Counted from the first letter of the stretch, positions 1 through 14,608 are shown. The stretch: DNA of 64,000 nt from the human T2T-CHM13v2.0 reference genome, Homo sapiens (GCF_009914755.1 NC_060934.1); one strand, 5' to 3'. The notes: generated by a model not told the origin, from the letters alone. Translations and numbers: made by a program.

Positions 1-2107
1 AAAGCTATACTTAAAAGACACAAAGGAATACTTACATCAATTTTGGATAATGACTATTTTTAATACTCTGTGCTTTTTCAAAAACGTTTGTTTGTAATGT
101 TAAATATGTTTAGAGGTTTAATCATCCCCAAATGTGCTTATTTGATGCTAGCACTTCTGTGCATCAGTTTCTTCATATACAATAAAGAAATTACATTAGA
201 ACCTACATCATGTGATGTTCAATTAAATGGTTGTACATGTCACTAATTTGCCTAGCACATAGTAAATGCTCATTATGGGTAAGCTTTTCATTGTTGTTTT
301 AAAACTACACTGAATTTACTGACAGATTCAAGTCTCTAAACAATAAAAATACTAATTTGCAAGCGACACAAAAAAAAAATCTAAATTCAACTTGTTTTTC
401 CACAGAAAGCTAACACCATGGCAAAGTAGCAGAAGAGACAATTCCTAAACCTATACAAACTAATAATCAGAAGAGTTTGTTAGTAGGTTCTTGGAGTCTT
501 CAGTGTTCCTGTTCTAGCCTGTGATCTTAAAAATTTGAATAAACTATGCAATGGCCTGTCTGTTCTCCATCTGAACCTTTGGAGTCTAAGAATCTCTCTT
601 CCTACCCAGGTCATGTGACCAAACACTTAGGAATTATTTCTAAATTATAAAATCTTGCATGAAGATATATTCAAGGAGTACTGTATAAAAAAGCAAAAGG
701 ACTGCCACTGGAGATGAAATGTTTATATTTTTCCTTTTCAAGAGAAAGGTATCTATGGAAAGTGAAAAGCTTCCTTAACCCCAATAAAATAATTTGATTT
801 TAAGGTAACAGGACATCAGAGCAAAGGAAAGACTATCCCTTACAACTGAGAATTTGTTTGGCAGGAGGACGACTATAGATGGGTGTTTCTGAGCTTTGGC
901 ACTGTTGACATCTTGGGCCAGATGCTTCTGTATTGTGGGGGCTGCCCTGAGCCTGGTAGGATGCCCACCCTGACCTCTCCTCCGCGATGACAGCGCATGC
1001 CCCTGTCCTATATTGTGACATGGAAATTCAAATGAATCCTGGAAGGTTAGATGACCCTCCTGTGAGAACCACTGTTCTCAAGAGATTGCAAATCCATGGC
1101 TCCAGCCCATGTTTCTACTGACCCTTGCCAGAATGCTAGGTATTGATCACACCCCCTATGCCAGACACCATCCCTGGCCCTACACACGTGATTAGTAACA
1201 AGACAGTCTTTGCCTTTGGGGAGCTCAGCCTAGTGGGAGACAAACCCACAACTCACCCCTGAAGCTGTGGGGTTGGAAATACAAGTTTTCATGCAAGGCT
1301 TCCTCAGAGGTGACATTTCACCTGATGCCTGAATGATGGAAATCACACAAGCTTGAGGAAGGGGAGAACTTTCCCATTGTAAACTTCCAAGTGTGTAAGA
1401 AGTACCAAGGTGAACAAAGGCTTGGAATGCCTTAGGCGGGAGGAACAAGGTAGGGGATGGGGTTGGGAGGACAGGGTGAGGCCTGAATCCCGTGTGGTCT
1501 GGGAAATGACCACACGGGAAATGACCCCCCTTCTCAGGCCTCTAGTGGGACACATGTCAGAGGCTGATGGGGCACTGTCAGCAACTATACCTGTTATACA
1601 GGGACAGGGTTATTACCACCACCAAACAGGACAGCAATATAAGAGGAAACGTTCTCGAATTCCAGGCAGGAAGACTTTCTGTCCCATTTTCCTATTGCCA
1701 CAAGGAGCCAAGAGGCAAGTGTATGGCTTCCTTCCTTCATTCTCTGTGTCCCCAGTGGCCAGGGATGCCCACTGTGGAGGCACCCGGGGGCGCACAGTGT
1801 CTTCAGACGCCTGCCTGCAGCCAGTGACATATGAAGATCATCTACATCTTTCTTTACCGCAACATTAGCAAATCGATTTTTTTAATTGGCTTGATTTTTA
1901 AAACCACTTAAACATACAAACTAGCATCAAATTTATACTTACAAAACAAAAAAACACAACTATGTCAACTTAGTAACGAATGGGAGAAGCACCAAGGAAA
2001 AGTGACGGCAGGACCCAATCCTAGAGCGCGTTTCTGGACTTTATTCTGTGACTAAGGTATTTTCCTCTTTCTCAGCTAAAACGTCCGCGCGCGCCCGCGG
2101 GGCTCAC
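1..2107 (-). other. MKI67: MKI67 intron 2 (continues beyond window start)
   Basis: Downstream of the exon 2 donor. No exon 3 sequence (GIECDIRIQ) is seen in 1-2107. Confidence 0.9.
884..1075. mobile_element. MER20-like DNA transposon fragment in MKI67 intron 2
   Basis: ...GGCACTGTTGACATCTTGGGCCAGAT...TTGTGGGGGCTGCCCTG...GAGAACCACTG, typical MER20 motifs. Confidence 0.7.
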
Positions 2108-2199
2108 CTTCCAAACAAGCAGGTGCTGAGGCTCAGGGGAAAGTGGGGACCGTCGACCCCGCTCCTTTTGATAGTAACCAGGCGTCTCGTGGGCCACAT
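2108..2199 (-). CDS. MKI67: MKI67 (Ki-67) first coding segment (coding part of exon 2), start of the FHA domain
   Basis: ATG at 2199-2197. 92 nt translate to MWPTRRLVTIKRSGVDGPHFPLSLSTCLFG+AG, the Ki-67 N-terminus. Followed by donor GTGAGC at 2107-2102. Confidence 0.98.
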
Positions 2200-2218
2200 T
2201 TTCTAAACAGTAAGTTGA

Positions 2219-2266
2219 GTATAATCCGTAGGGGAAGGCCAGGTATAATCCGTAGGGGAAGGCCAG
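2219..2266. repeat. Perfect 24-bp tandem duplication in the MKI67 5' UTR
   Basis: GTATAATCCGTAGGGGAAGGCCAG at 2219-2242 and 2243-2266. Confidence 0.97.
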
Positions 2267-2630
2267 AAGCAAATTTACAACTCTTCCACTGCAAAAGAGG
2301 TGCGAGTTACTCTGATAGCAAAGGAGCTAAGAAGGGCCCCGTGCCCAATTCACCTATCCCCGGCCACAGAAGCGCACACCGCAGCTAGCTAGCGGGGACC
2401 CCAGGACGATCCGACCGCAGCCCCCGGCGCCCCAAAGTCCGGCAGCTGGGGTGTTGTCGCCAGCGCCTGCGCCTCCTGGGAGCTTCCACCGAGACGCCCT
2501 CGCCAGAGCCCAGGAGGAGTCGGGCCCAGGCCGCGCGTCTGTCCCCTGCCCGTCCCCGCAGAGCTCGGGGGGTCCCCGCGGCTCAGCCCTCGACCCCGGA
2601 CAGCTCCCAGGAGTCCCGGCCGCAGCTCAC

Positions 2631-2960
2631 CTGGGACGATCCGGCCCGCAAGGCCACTTGTCGAACCACCGCTCGTCAAGTCGCACCCAAAGTCCGCCGC
2701 AGGAGGAGCCGGCGCCGCGCTCACCTCCGCCCGGTAAGCTGCGCCCGCCACGCTCCGCACACACCGGGCCGCAGCCCGCGGGGTCGCGTTCGCTGCACCC
2801 CGGCCTGCAGTCCCCGCTGCTCCCGCCGCCGCCTCTGACGGGGACCCGGTGGCCCTACAGGCTACGTCCCCGGGCGCCCGGCTCTAGCGGCTCCCACCGA
2901 GTCGAGTCCTCCCGCCCGCCCGCCCGCCCGCAGCGTCAGCCCTCCACTTCCTTCTTCCAG
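2631..2960 (-). other. MKI67: MKI67 non-coding exon 1 (5' boundary/TSS approximate)
   Basis: Donor CCCAG|GTGAGC at 2631/2630. The sequence TACCGGGCGGAGGTGAGCGCGGCGCC...GGATCGTCCCAG matches the MKI67 mRNA leader. The exact TSS cannot be read from sequence. Confidence 0.85.
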
Positions 2961-2974
2961 CCCGGCGCGCCCGC

Positions 2975-3053
2975 CCAATTCAAACGAAAACGAAGATTCA
3001 AATTCTGGCGCTAAGCGCTGCGATTGAACGGGAAAGCGCGGCATGGGACCAAT
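2975..3053 (-). promoter_or_regulatory. MKI67: Two CHR elements, a CDE and CCAAT boxes (DREAM/MMB-FOXM1/NF-Y type cell-cycle promoter)
   Basis: Minus-strand TTTGAA at 2984-2979 and 3002-2997. AGCGCC lies 4 nt upstream of the distal CHR (AGCGCC-AGAA-TTTGAA, CDE/CHR spacing). CCAAT at 2975-2979 and 3049-3053. Confidence 0.85.
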
Positions 3054-3322
3054 AGGAAGGGAGCGCAGGGCGTGGGCGGGGAGGGGGCGGGGAAACCGGG
3101 CTCGCGGGGCGGGGCTGGCGTGTCCGCGGGCGAGCCACTCACGCATCCGGAGGAAAATACCTGGGTGCATCCCCGGCGAGGGCGGCTGGCGGAGGGCAGA
3201 GGTGGAACACGCTCCCACCGAGATAACCCGTCCTGCTATCCTTTTCTTAAAGGACCAAACATCTGGGACACTATAACATTACTCATTGCCAGAAGATTTA
3301 AAACTGCTAAAAATTAAAAACA

Positions 3323-3638
<316 letters not shown>

Positions 3639-4164
3639 TCAGTGCATACATCTTACCAAACACAAAAACAACCAATTATATAAAGTAGTTTGGTGTGTCT
3701 TTTCCTGCTATACGTGTATTCTCTTTTTCAAAAGCACAGAAAAAAAGGTCATAACATACACAACACGATTCTATACTTTGTGCTCTCTGCTTTTAAATAT
3801 CCTGAGGCTATCTCCACTGAACACATTCTCGCTTTTACTCTCTGATGGCTGCAGAGCACTGGGCTTCGGGAAACCATAATTTACTTAATCATTACTATTG
3901 CCACATACTTAGGTTTACAATGTTTTGTTATTAGAAAACATTCTTCAATTGAAATGGCTTGTGCATGCCAAGATGGGTGAATCCTAAAATAATTCTACAC
4001 AGGATTCTATCGGGGTCTGCTTCAGTTGCGCTGGTGGCCATGTGGGCTCAGTAGGCCACCTGGGGTGAAGTGAATGGAGCCTAAACACGCTTTTGGTGAC
4101 AACGGCCTCTCTGCCCCATCTCACCTCCTCCAGCTCCCCAGCAACCCTTGGAGCTTGGCTCCCT

Positions 4165-4635
4165 TGATCAGGGAGGCCTCGATGCAGGGGACCCCTGAGG
4201 ACTTCCTATTCCTTTCAGAGAGTCCATAAGGTCAAAACCATTTATCTAATGACCCTCTGTGTTACTTGCCCTTCTCATTCTCATGCTCCCAAGAGTGTGG
4301 GGTGTGGTTCTGCAAATGCAGAAGCAGTGAGGAGACTCCCACTGTCTCCGTTTCAACCAGGTATTACAGAGATTTGCAAAAATGTGAACTAAAGCGCTGT
4401 TTTCATTTTGTTGTTTTTTTTCCATAAAAATAAGTTATTGGTGTTAGCATGAAATAGGTGCATCACTATCTTAAAATGAATCAATAAATGAATATTTTTA
4501 AATTCCTTAGCCTTAACTTAAAATATATAAATATAGCTAGATATAACCCATCCACATTAACAAAAATTCCTGGTGGTTCTCAATAATTCTTAAGAGTGTA
4601 AAGGGACCACAAGATTGAAAAGACTGAGCCCTCTG
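4165..4635 (+). mobile_element. hAT-Charlie DNA transposon remnant (Charlie4a-like)
   Basis: GGACCCCTG...AAGGTCAAAACCATTT and CTCAATAATTCTTAAGAGTGTAAAGGG motifs. Confidence 0.55.
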
Positions 4636-4859
4636 CTCTAGAGCAACTACAAAGATATCAGCTGCTGATGGAAATAGAGAAACTGGGAAAGCAACATAAA
4701 AGCACAGGACAGCAACTCTAAATTGTATGGGCCAAGTCTGACGTAGAAAAATTCAGTGCGGGGATACTATTATATAAACGTTTTAGGGGGCATGAGTTTC
4801 CATGTTTTCCCCCATTAAACGATCAAACAAAGCCCACCACTGCATAACCCCATAAAACA

Positions 4860-4924
4860 CAACTTTTCTCATCCTAATTACTGCTTGTTTCCAGAGACAG
4901 TTCTTCCACCCTCATGGATGCAGC
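4860..4924 (-). pseudogene. Possible paralog terminal exon (exon-15-like)
   Basis: TAG|GCT: AASMRVEELSLETSSN*D vs AEDNVCVKKIRTRSHRD. Weak similarity, but the order and phase are right. Confidence 0.35.
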
Positions 4925-4947
4925 CTAATTAGAACTAGAAGGTGCTA

Positions 4948-5370
<423 letters not shown>

Positions 5371-5439
5371 ACATTTTGAGTTACTTCTTTGAAACATTTT
5401 GAGTTACTTCTTTTCTGTTGTTGCTGTTGTTGTTTTTCT

Positions 5440-6202
<763 letters not shown>

Positions 6203-6505
6203 AGACTTCTTCCTGGCTTTTAATCTGGTCTCTTGTGGGGAGGTTGCCCACACTTTTCTTCCCAACTTTCTTCTCTGTTACGTAAGTCAGGGACAATGTA
6301 TAGTTCCTTCCAGACTTCCGTATTCTACTTTCATTGATCTTGGACCTACAAGTCGGTTTTGTAGCTCCATTTTTGGAGTTTTATTTTTTTCATGATCTTC
6401 TTTCCATTTTCATCTCCTTTAAATAGTTTCTACTAATATAGGAAAACTACGGATGTATTGTTCTTTATTGGTTATGTTTCTTGTTCTTGGACACAAAGGC
6501 ATTCC
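6203..6505 (-). pseudogene. Paralog exon-14-like (LR domain), cut off by Alu cluster
   Basis: TTTCCCTAG|GMPLCPRTRNITNKEQYIRSFPILVETI* vs GISLRSRRQNKTEAEQQITEVFVLAERI. After frameshifts: ENGKKIMK vs RNEKKPMK, PKMELQN vs [18 protein letters not shown] vs VAEESGGQKSA. Confidence 0.85.
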
Positions 6506-7059
6506 CTAGGGAAATCAGAAGACATCTACAAAATTCCAATAATGATTGAAACAAATCTCAAAATTCAACTAAAAGTAAACTCAAAAAGAAATGCATTTAA
6601 AAATATTAGGCTGATTAATTTTTTAAGATGTCAGTAATCTAAGATATCCAATATGATGCTTTGCCAATCTATGAACAAGAAAAGTCTGATTATAACAGCT
6701 TACATTATAGCAAAATGCCCCATTACACAGGCATCAAATGAATTTCTTATCACTTAGTCATCTCTGCTAAAACAAAACAAAACTCTTCATGACTGGACTT
6801 TCGTCATACTTCTCTCCACACACTAGTAACCTCTCTAACAACTCCAACAATTATGTTGACTGCAGAATACACATTCCCTGTATGTACTGCTCTGATTGTT
6901 TTCCTATTTGTACCCAATGCTCCTGATGATAGTGTCTAGAGCAACATAAGACTAAGCTGCCCATCTTTTCACTGAATAATTTTTCACACATTTGAAGATG
7001 AACACAACTCATTCACTTCCTGAAATATTCTCGTTAAAATTTTTATTAGCAGTTTTTGC

Positions 7060-7697
<638 letters not shown>

Positions 7698-7885
7698 TAG
7701 TTCTTCCTTTTCCCACACTTAGTCTGTTCCTCTATCATGCCTGAAGGATTCTTCACTATTACCTGCAGTTATTGCCTGTGTTGAATGCAGACATCTTTGA
7801 GAGAAGGTCTAAGAATAAATTCAGGTGGCATATACATTTTACAATCATGGAGATCATGTAATCATTATGGGATGGCTGCCGCCAC

Positions 7886-8280
7886 CTTATTTGCTGTGGC
7901 CCAGTGTCCTTTAGTTTTCATGTTCCTTCTGTTTTTTAAAGGTTCAATATTTATTGCAGTGAATTGCATATTTCTTCTTCCTCTTAACACATGGGCTTTT
8001 TTCAGTGTTCAGGTGCAACATGTTGCTTTCATTTCAGTGTTAAATTGCTCTCTGGTGTCCATGAAGTATTGCAGTGTCTTTATTTTATTGGTCTTCAGGA
8101 CTCTTCCAAATATTTTTAAAGGTTTTCCTCTCTCAAAACCACTTGTCTTATCCTCAGCATCATCTTGTATTTGTGTGACCTTCTTGAAGCCAGCCAGATG
8201 TTCTCAAGGTTGAGCCCTTTCCTCAGGGGCTGGTGGGTGACTCTGGCTGCCAGTTACATTTTATCCTGAGTCGGGAACAT
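7886..8280 (-). pseudogene. Paralog exon-13-like, single Ki-67 repeat plus start of the LR region
   Basis: CAG|...AAG|GT, 395 nt in one frame: VPDSG*NVTGSQSHPPAPEERAQP*EHLAGFKKVTQ...GKPLKIFGRVLKTNK...RRNMQFTAINIEP...NMKTKGHWATANK. Resembles the Ki-67 motif AQPLEDLAGFKELFQ and GKPLKISRRVLRAPK. Confidence 0.92.
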
Positions 8281-8372
8281 CTGTTGTAAATGATATACTG
8301 CCAATGGGAAAGAAAAAATACCATCTACTAGTTCCTATCCCAAAACATCATAGTGTTAGGAATAAAGGCAAC

Positions 8373-8529
8373 CAATTCAAACTCTTTAGAGTTATTGGCA
8401 GAGGTTTCTTTCCTAAATTAGTTTCTTCAGACTTTTTTCAAGCAAAATTTCTGAATCTGAAAGAGTGACAAAACATTTGTTCATCATTTGTGGTTTCTTC
8501 TTCACTGGAGTGTTGAGCCTTTCAGTTAG
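8373..8529 (-). pseudogene. Paralog exon-12-like
   Basis: LTERLNTPVKKKPQMMNKCFVTLSDSEILLEK / (frameshift) KSEETNLGKKPLPITLKSL vs IAEMFKTPVKEQPQLTSTCHIAISNSENLLGKQFQGTDSGEEPLLPTSESF. Boundaries approximate. Confidence 0.85.
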
Positions 8530-9188
8530 CTGTGTTAAATGAAGATATTTGAAAAGGAATTAACGTATTGCCTATAAATGCAAAGGACCATCCCAATCCC
8601 TACATATAAAAACCAAACGATTGGGAATAAACATCAGATCACTGCCTAGATTTCTGCTGGGCTGGTCCTGAAATAAGGTGATTCCATGAATATCGTACTC
8701 AATTTTTTTAGAGTTCATTGAGAAGATACACAATATATCTTCTCATCTTTCCCTTTCCTGTTTGAAAATAAATCAAATGAAAGCAGTTGACCTCAGTCAT
8801 CTACCAACCAATCCCCAGGTGGAGCTCTGGCGGGAGGATAGGACTTGGCCATCGGTGCTTTCACGTCCTGCCTCCTCTCCAGGTTCTAGAATCCTAGTGC
8901 CCTTGGGCTCTCTTCTAAACATCTCGGGTCCTAAAGTTCTGGATTTAATATAAAAAGAAAATGCTCCTGCATTTTATAAAATCACAGAGGGCTGTTCATA
9001 TTTAGTGTTGTCAAGTAAACATGTATTAGAAAAACAGCTAGTATCATCATGTTTCTATTTTAACACCAAAAAAATAGTATTGACATAATGTCAGGAAAAA
9101 AAAAGAACACCAAATAAAGAACTGTAAGTGGAACATTTAAGTTTCTGAAACATCGATATTAATCCATGTTCTTATTTTTTCATCGTGA

Positions 9189-9590
<402 letters not shown>

Positions 9591-9961
9591 TCCATCTCAC
9601 TTTTAATATTTCTTCTACCACAGCCTTTCAGGCCTTATTTAAATACCCCAGATAGTCTTCAGCAGATATTGGTGTATTTGTATCAAAAGTTACTTATATT
9701 AGGGTTTAGCATTGTTTGAATTCCTAGGAAAGTGTCTTCAAAAAAGAAATGCTTGAAATAATTCAGCGTTCCATGTGCTGAGTATTTAAATGTCCATTTA
9801 TTTTACCTGAAAAATACTTTGATATTATGGTAGTAATAATAATCACAGTAATGTATAAAGTTACACATATATGAATGCCTCAGTAGATGTGCATAACAGG
9901 TCGTATGTACTCAAAATATTTTGCTGGATGAGACATTCTGTGAAAAACTTTGCTACCTCCT

Positions 9962-10033
9962 CTTTCTTTCTTTCTTTCTTTTCTTTCTTTCTTTCCTTCT
10001 TTCTTTCTCTCTCTCTCTCTCTCTCTCTTTCCT

Positions 10034-10106
<73 letters not shown>

Positions 10107-10115
10107 TTTCTTTTT
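9962..10115. repeat. (TTTC)n/(TC)n microsatellite
   Basis: Visible pyrimidine tandem array. Confidence 0.97.
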
Positions 10116-10657
10116 AGCTAAATGTGTTTATCTTTATGTGGCTGTTTGGTAAGTAGCTTCCATGGGCTACAATGAGAAGCACAGCAACTCTTCCATTTTA
10201 ACATCAGCCATGAAATCAAACAAGATTCCTTTTCAGCAGTTTAATCTCAAAGCTTCCCAAAGCTTCTCAATAACTAACTAACTAACTAACTAACTAAATA
10301 AATAAATAAATAAAAAAGTCTCCCAAAGCATCGCAGTACAAACAACCGCTCGATTTATACAACCCAGGAAGATCAAACCCTGGGTGCCTGGCATGGTTCT
10401 AATCCAGTACAACCATCACCACGTCAATTCCCACTTTTACTGAGATGGAGATTCAAGTGGCAACATTTCCTCGACTATTAATGGTTTAAGAAAAGCATCT
10501 TACAGTGTGTTGTTTCCAGAAACAGCTATGCCCCCTGGAAGGAAAGTACGTCTTAACAACACAAAATAGTGGTCAAAACCAATTACTTAACACTGGGACA
10601 ATCTATTATTATAAAGTCAGTAAGACAGGCAGGTATAATAGCAACAGCTTTCCTCAC

Positions 10658-10730
10658 CATAAGGCAGCTGCCCGGTTTCTACATATCTTCTGCTTTCCAG
10701 AGTAAAGATGTGCATTTGACATTTCCATAC
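10658..10730 (-). pseudogene. Paralog exon-5-like
   Basis: TAG|GTATGGAAATG vs MKI67 exon 5 start GTATGAAAATG. 73 nt ending in phase 0 at donor GTGAGG. Translation YGNVKCTSLLWKAEDM*KPGSCLM. Confidence 0.65.
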
Positions 10731-10929
10731 CTATTATATGCAGGACACGCGATCCCGAGAAACTGTCAGAGCGTTTTTCTTGTACCCCAGACCAGCCTTC
10801 TGTTCCTTGGATATTAAAACCCCAGGAAGTTGCCTGGCTTATTTATACCACTATCCCTCTCACAGCAGACAGACAGATGTAGCACACAGCAACACAGTCA
10901 CAAATAGTAAAAATAACAAATAGTAAAAA

Positions 10930-11740
10930 TAACAAAGGGTTATGATTTGTGAGACAAAGGCTATGTTTTCAAATGAACGATATTCATTGTAAAAATTTTG
11001 TTGAAAACAAAGTACTCGTACCTTCTAAATAGAAATAATAAATAAATAAAACTAATATAGATTTGAATCTAATTGACATATATAGATTGAAGACTGCAAC
11101 CAACAGTTGTAGAACACACATTCTTTTCAAACACATAATACACAGATTAGTAAACATTGCAGCCATATCTGATCACAAAGCAAATGCCAACACATTTCAA
11201 CAACTAGAAGCTATTGAAATGTCCATCCAGAACGATAAAATTGTGTATAATTATGTGTATTATTTATTTTTCTTCCTTTCTTTTTTTTCAGAGACAAGGT
11301 CTTGCTCTGTTGCCAAGGTTGGAGTGCATTGGCACAATCATAGACCACTGCAACCTCAAACTCCCGGGCTCAAGTGATCCTCCCACCTCAGCCTCTGAGT
11401 GGCTGGGACCACAAATACACACCATCATGACTGGCTAATTTTTAAATTTTTTGAAGAGATGGAGTCTCACTGTGTTGCCCAGGCTGGTCTTGAGCCCTGG
11501 GCCTCAAGTGATCCTCCTATCCTTGGCCTTCCAAAGTGTTGGGATGACAGGCATATGCCACTGCACCAGGCAGGTATATTATTTCAATCAAATAGTTAAT
11601 GTAAACAAATGACAACTACAATCAATATTTTATGATTCTCATAAGGACTAGAGACATCGGACATAATTACATACTTTATTATTTAATTTTTGTGAAGTTT
11701 AGTAATGTCAGACAAAATATAGTGTTCAAAGATGCATGTT
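10930..11740 (+). mobile_element. Old L1 ORF2 fragment with an antisense AluJ inserted at about 11270-11570
   Basis: LIDIYR...HILFKH L1 endonuclease-like remnants, plus Alu consensus. Confidence 0.65.
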
Positions 11741-11755
11741 TAAAAATAAAACTCA

Positions 11756-12660
11756 GGCTGGGCACAGTGGCTCACATCTGTAATCCCAGCAGTTTGGGAG
11801 GCTGAGGCAGGAGGATCACTTGAGGTCAGGAGTTTGAGACCAGCCTGGCCAACATGGTGAAACCCCGTCTCTACTAAAAATACAAAAATTAGCCAGCTGT
11901 GGTGGCGGGCATCTGTAGTCCCAGCTACTGGGAAGGCTGATGTTCTGTGCAGGAAATGCATGAGGGGAGAAGAAATGGCACACACACAATACTTTAAAGG
12001 GTAAACAAGCTTTACCCCATGTAAATGGCAATGCAGATATAATAAGGAAATGACATAATAAGCAAATGATATAATAAGAAAATCAATATAATAAGGATAT
12101 TGTTACAATAAGCAAATTGCAATGGGAAGAGAAGGGAAAAAGATACTTACACTCACCAGACTATGGAGGATTCACCACCAAACTGGGAAGCAACATCTTG
12201 GGATCCAGAGTCGACCACTTGTCCATGCAGACAAGGAGGGGTCTCATGAAGCTTCTGCGTGGTCTGAGACCCTAGCTCTTTTTGTAACGAGTTGTTTGGC
12301 ATGAGGTCCAGTTACGAGGGCCCTTCGTGACGGGGCTCAAGGAACACAAAAAGGTCAACTTGTTTTTGCAATTATCTATTGTTTTTCAATAACTAACGTA
12401 TAGGAATAGATTGAAATAGGGATTTCTTTGAAACAGTGCTGGATGAACGCCTTAAGGGGCTCACACAACCTGTTCCGAGACTTGGTGACCATTGTTTCTG
12501 TCCACAACCAAATGAGTTCACATTTAATATTTAACTATTCCTCCACAAGGCTGAGGCAGGAGAACTGCTTGAACCCAGGAGGAAGAAGTTTCAGTGAGCC
12601 AAGATCGTGCCACTGCACTCCAGCCTGGGTGACAGAGTGAGACTCAAATAATAATAATAA
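11756..12660 (+). mobile_element. AluS split by an ERV solo LTR
   Basis: Alu 11756-11937 resumes at 12548 (AGGCTGAGGCAGGAGAA). Confidence 0.88.
11938..12547 (-). mobile_element. ERV1-class solo LTR (tentatively LTR10C-like)
   Basis: About 610 bp with TG...CA termini. Minus strand begins TGTGGAGGAATAGTTAAATATTAAA. Family assignment is from memory. Confidence 0.65.
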
Positions 12661-12678
12661 TAATTTAAAAATATTTAA

Positions 12679-13015
<337 letters not shown>

Positions 13016-13554
13016 TTATAAAAGCCACAGTGACAGACTCTGTGATGAGAGAAAGAAGTCGCGGTTAGAAGACAGGATGGAAGAAGCCTCTGGAAGAAAT
13101 GTTCTATTTCATGACTTGGTTTAGTTACGTGAGTGTTTGCTTCCTGATAATTGAAACTATAAGACTCATGCAGAGTTTTACATTCAGCCTTCTCCACAAA
13201 GTAAGTTCTTTTAGGACCAGATCACCTCTTTGGCCTGGTTATCTGTACTCAAATCCTTGAATTTGATATTTAAGTCCAATTTCTCATTTTTTGAATGGAT
13301 CCAAATTATACCACAGTGGCATAAAATTTTTTGAGCTGAAAACATTTTAGAATCAAGAAATGCAGACAGAAGCTTTGTCTGAATTATGCCCTATCCTCAC
13401 CCCATTATCAGACTACGAAGTTTACAGATAAGCCCCTATCTTCAGCTATTGGCTGCTTTCTTTGTGCTCTTCTGAGAATGGATATTAACAAACAAAATGA
13501 ATACACTTTGTCTTTTCTCTTGTTAATCTCTTGTTAATCTGGTTTTTGTCATTT

Positions 13555-13850
13555 ATTTTATTTTTTGAGTCAGGGTCTCACTCTGTCACCCAGAGTGGAG
13601 TGCAGTGGTGAGATTTCAGCTCACTGCAACCTTAACCTTCTGGGCCCAAGCTCAGCATCCTAAGTAACTGGGACTATAGGTGCACGCCATCATGCTGGGC
13701 TAATTTTTGCTTTTTTTTTTTTTTTTTTTTTCCAGAGACAGGGATTCACCATATGGCCCAGGCTGGTCTCCATCTTCCAGGCTCAAGCAATCCACCCACC
13801 TCCTTCTCCCAAAGTGCTAGGATTACAGGTGTGAGCCACAGTGCTAGGCC
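13555..13850 (-). mobile_element. AluJ
   Basis: Diverged antisense Alu. Confidence 0.85.
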
Positions 13851-13852
13851 AG

Positions 13853-14177
<325 letters not shown>

Positions 14178-14408
14178 TTAATTTACAAGACTCCAAACAC
14201 TGATTCTAAGAGGCTAGAGGAAAAATTATTTCTTTTTGACAAATTCTAGGTCTATATGCTATTCCATTTGGAAAATGTATTGAGAATTACAATCTGAAAT
14301 CTGTTAACATTCATCAACATTAAAGATGGATCACTGTTGAACTGTTTCAGTGGTTTATGATAAATCACAATATGACATTAATTGTTTGCAAAATTAGCTT
14401 TTACCTAC

Positions 14409-14524
14409 CTGAAAGATCGATCAACAGTAGTTATTATATTTCCATGTTTTAGCTGTACAAGCTCATTAATATCAAACCCAATTAACTATGTTGGATTTGT
14501 GGAGTGGAAATGAAATAATATGGC
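14409..14524 (-). pseudogene. Paralog exon-4-like (FHA)
   Basis: TAG|...|GTAGGT, 116 nt: AILFHFHSTNPT*LIGFDINELVQLKHGNIITTVDRSF vs AILHNFSSTNPTQVNGSVIDEPVRLKHGDVITIIDRSF (23/38 identical). TAG stop at 14488-14486. Confidence 0.96.
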
Positions 14525-14608
14525 CTACAAGTAGAAAGAAGAGAACAACTGGTAACTAATCAATAGGTAGAAAGTGAAAGGAAAAGCTTTAAAAATGGGC
14601 TTTCAAAA

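Larger units (their letters stand above)
2108..2288 (-). other. MKI67: MKI67 exon 2 (5' UTR part plus start codon)
   Basis: Acceptor TTTTGCAG|TGGAAGAG (AG at 2290-2289) and donor GGAAG|GTGAG. Matches the MKI67 mRNA 5' UTR as I recall it. Confidence 0.95.

Noticed and set aside
1410-1868. 152-aa ORF similar to ORFs at 18071-18498
   Set aside because: The similarity comes from the intron 2 duplication, and the frame is broken in the second copy.
2389-3317. Several 100-190 aa ORFs over the MKI67 promoter
   Set aside because: Stop-poor GC-rich sequence gives low-complexity P/G/R/A translations.
5372-5415. KEVTQNV-like remnant of the end of exon 14
   Set aside because: Too short and wedged between Alus to support homology.
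7763-7808. 46-nt AG..GT segment reading TFSQRCLHSTQ (RCLRS-like) as an extra paralog exon
   Set aside because: It would shift the frame into the exon-14-like segment, and the similarity is only about 4 residues.
7785-8213. 142-aa plus-strand ORF
   Set aside because: It is the antisense shadow of the minus-strand exon-13-like segment and resembles no protein I recognise.
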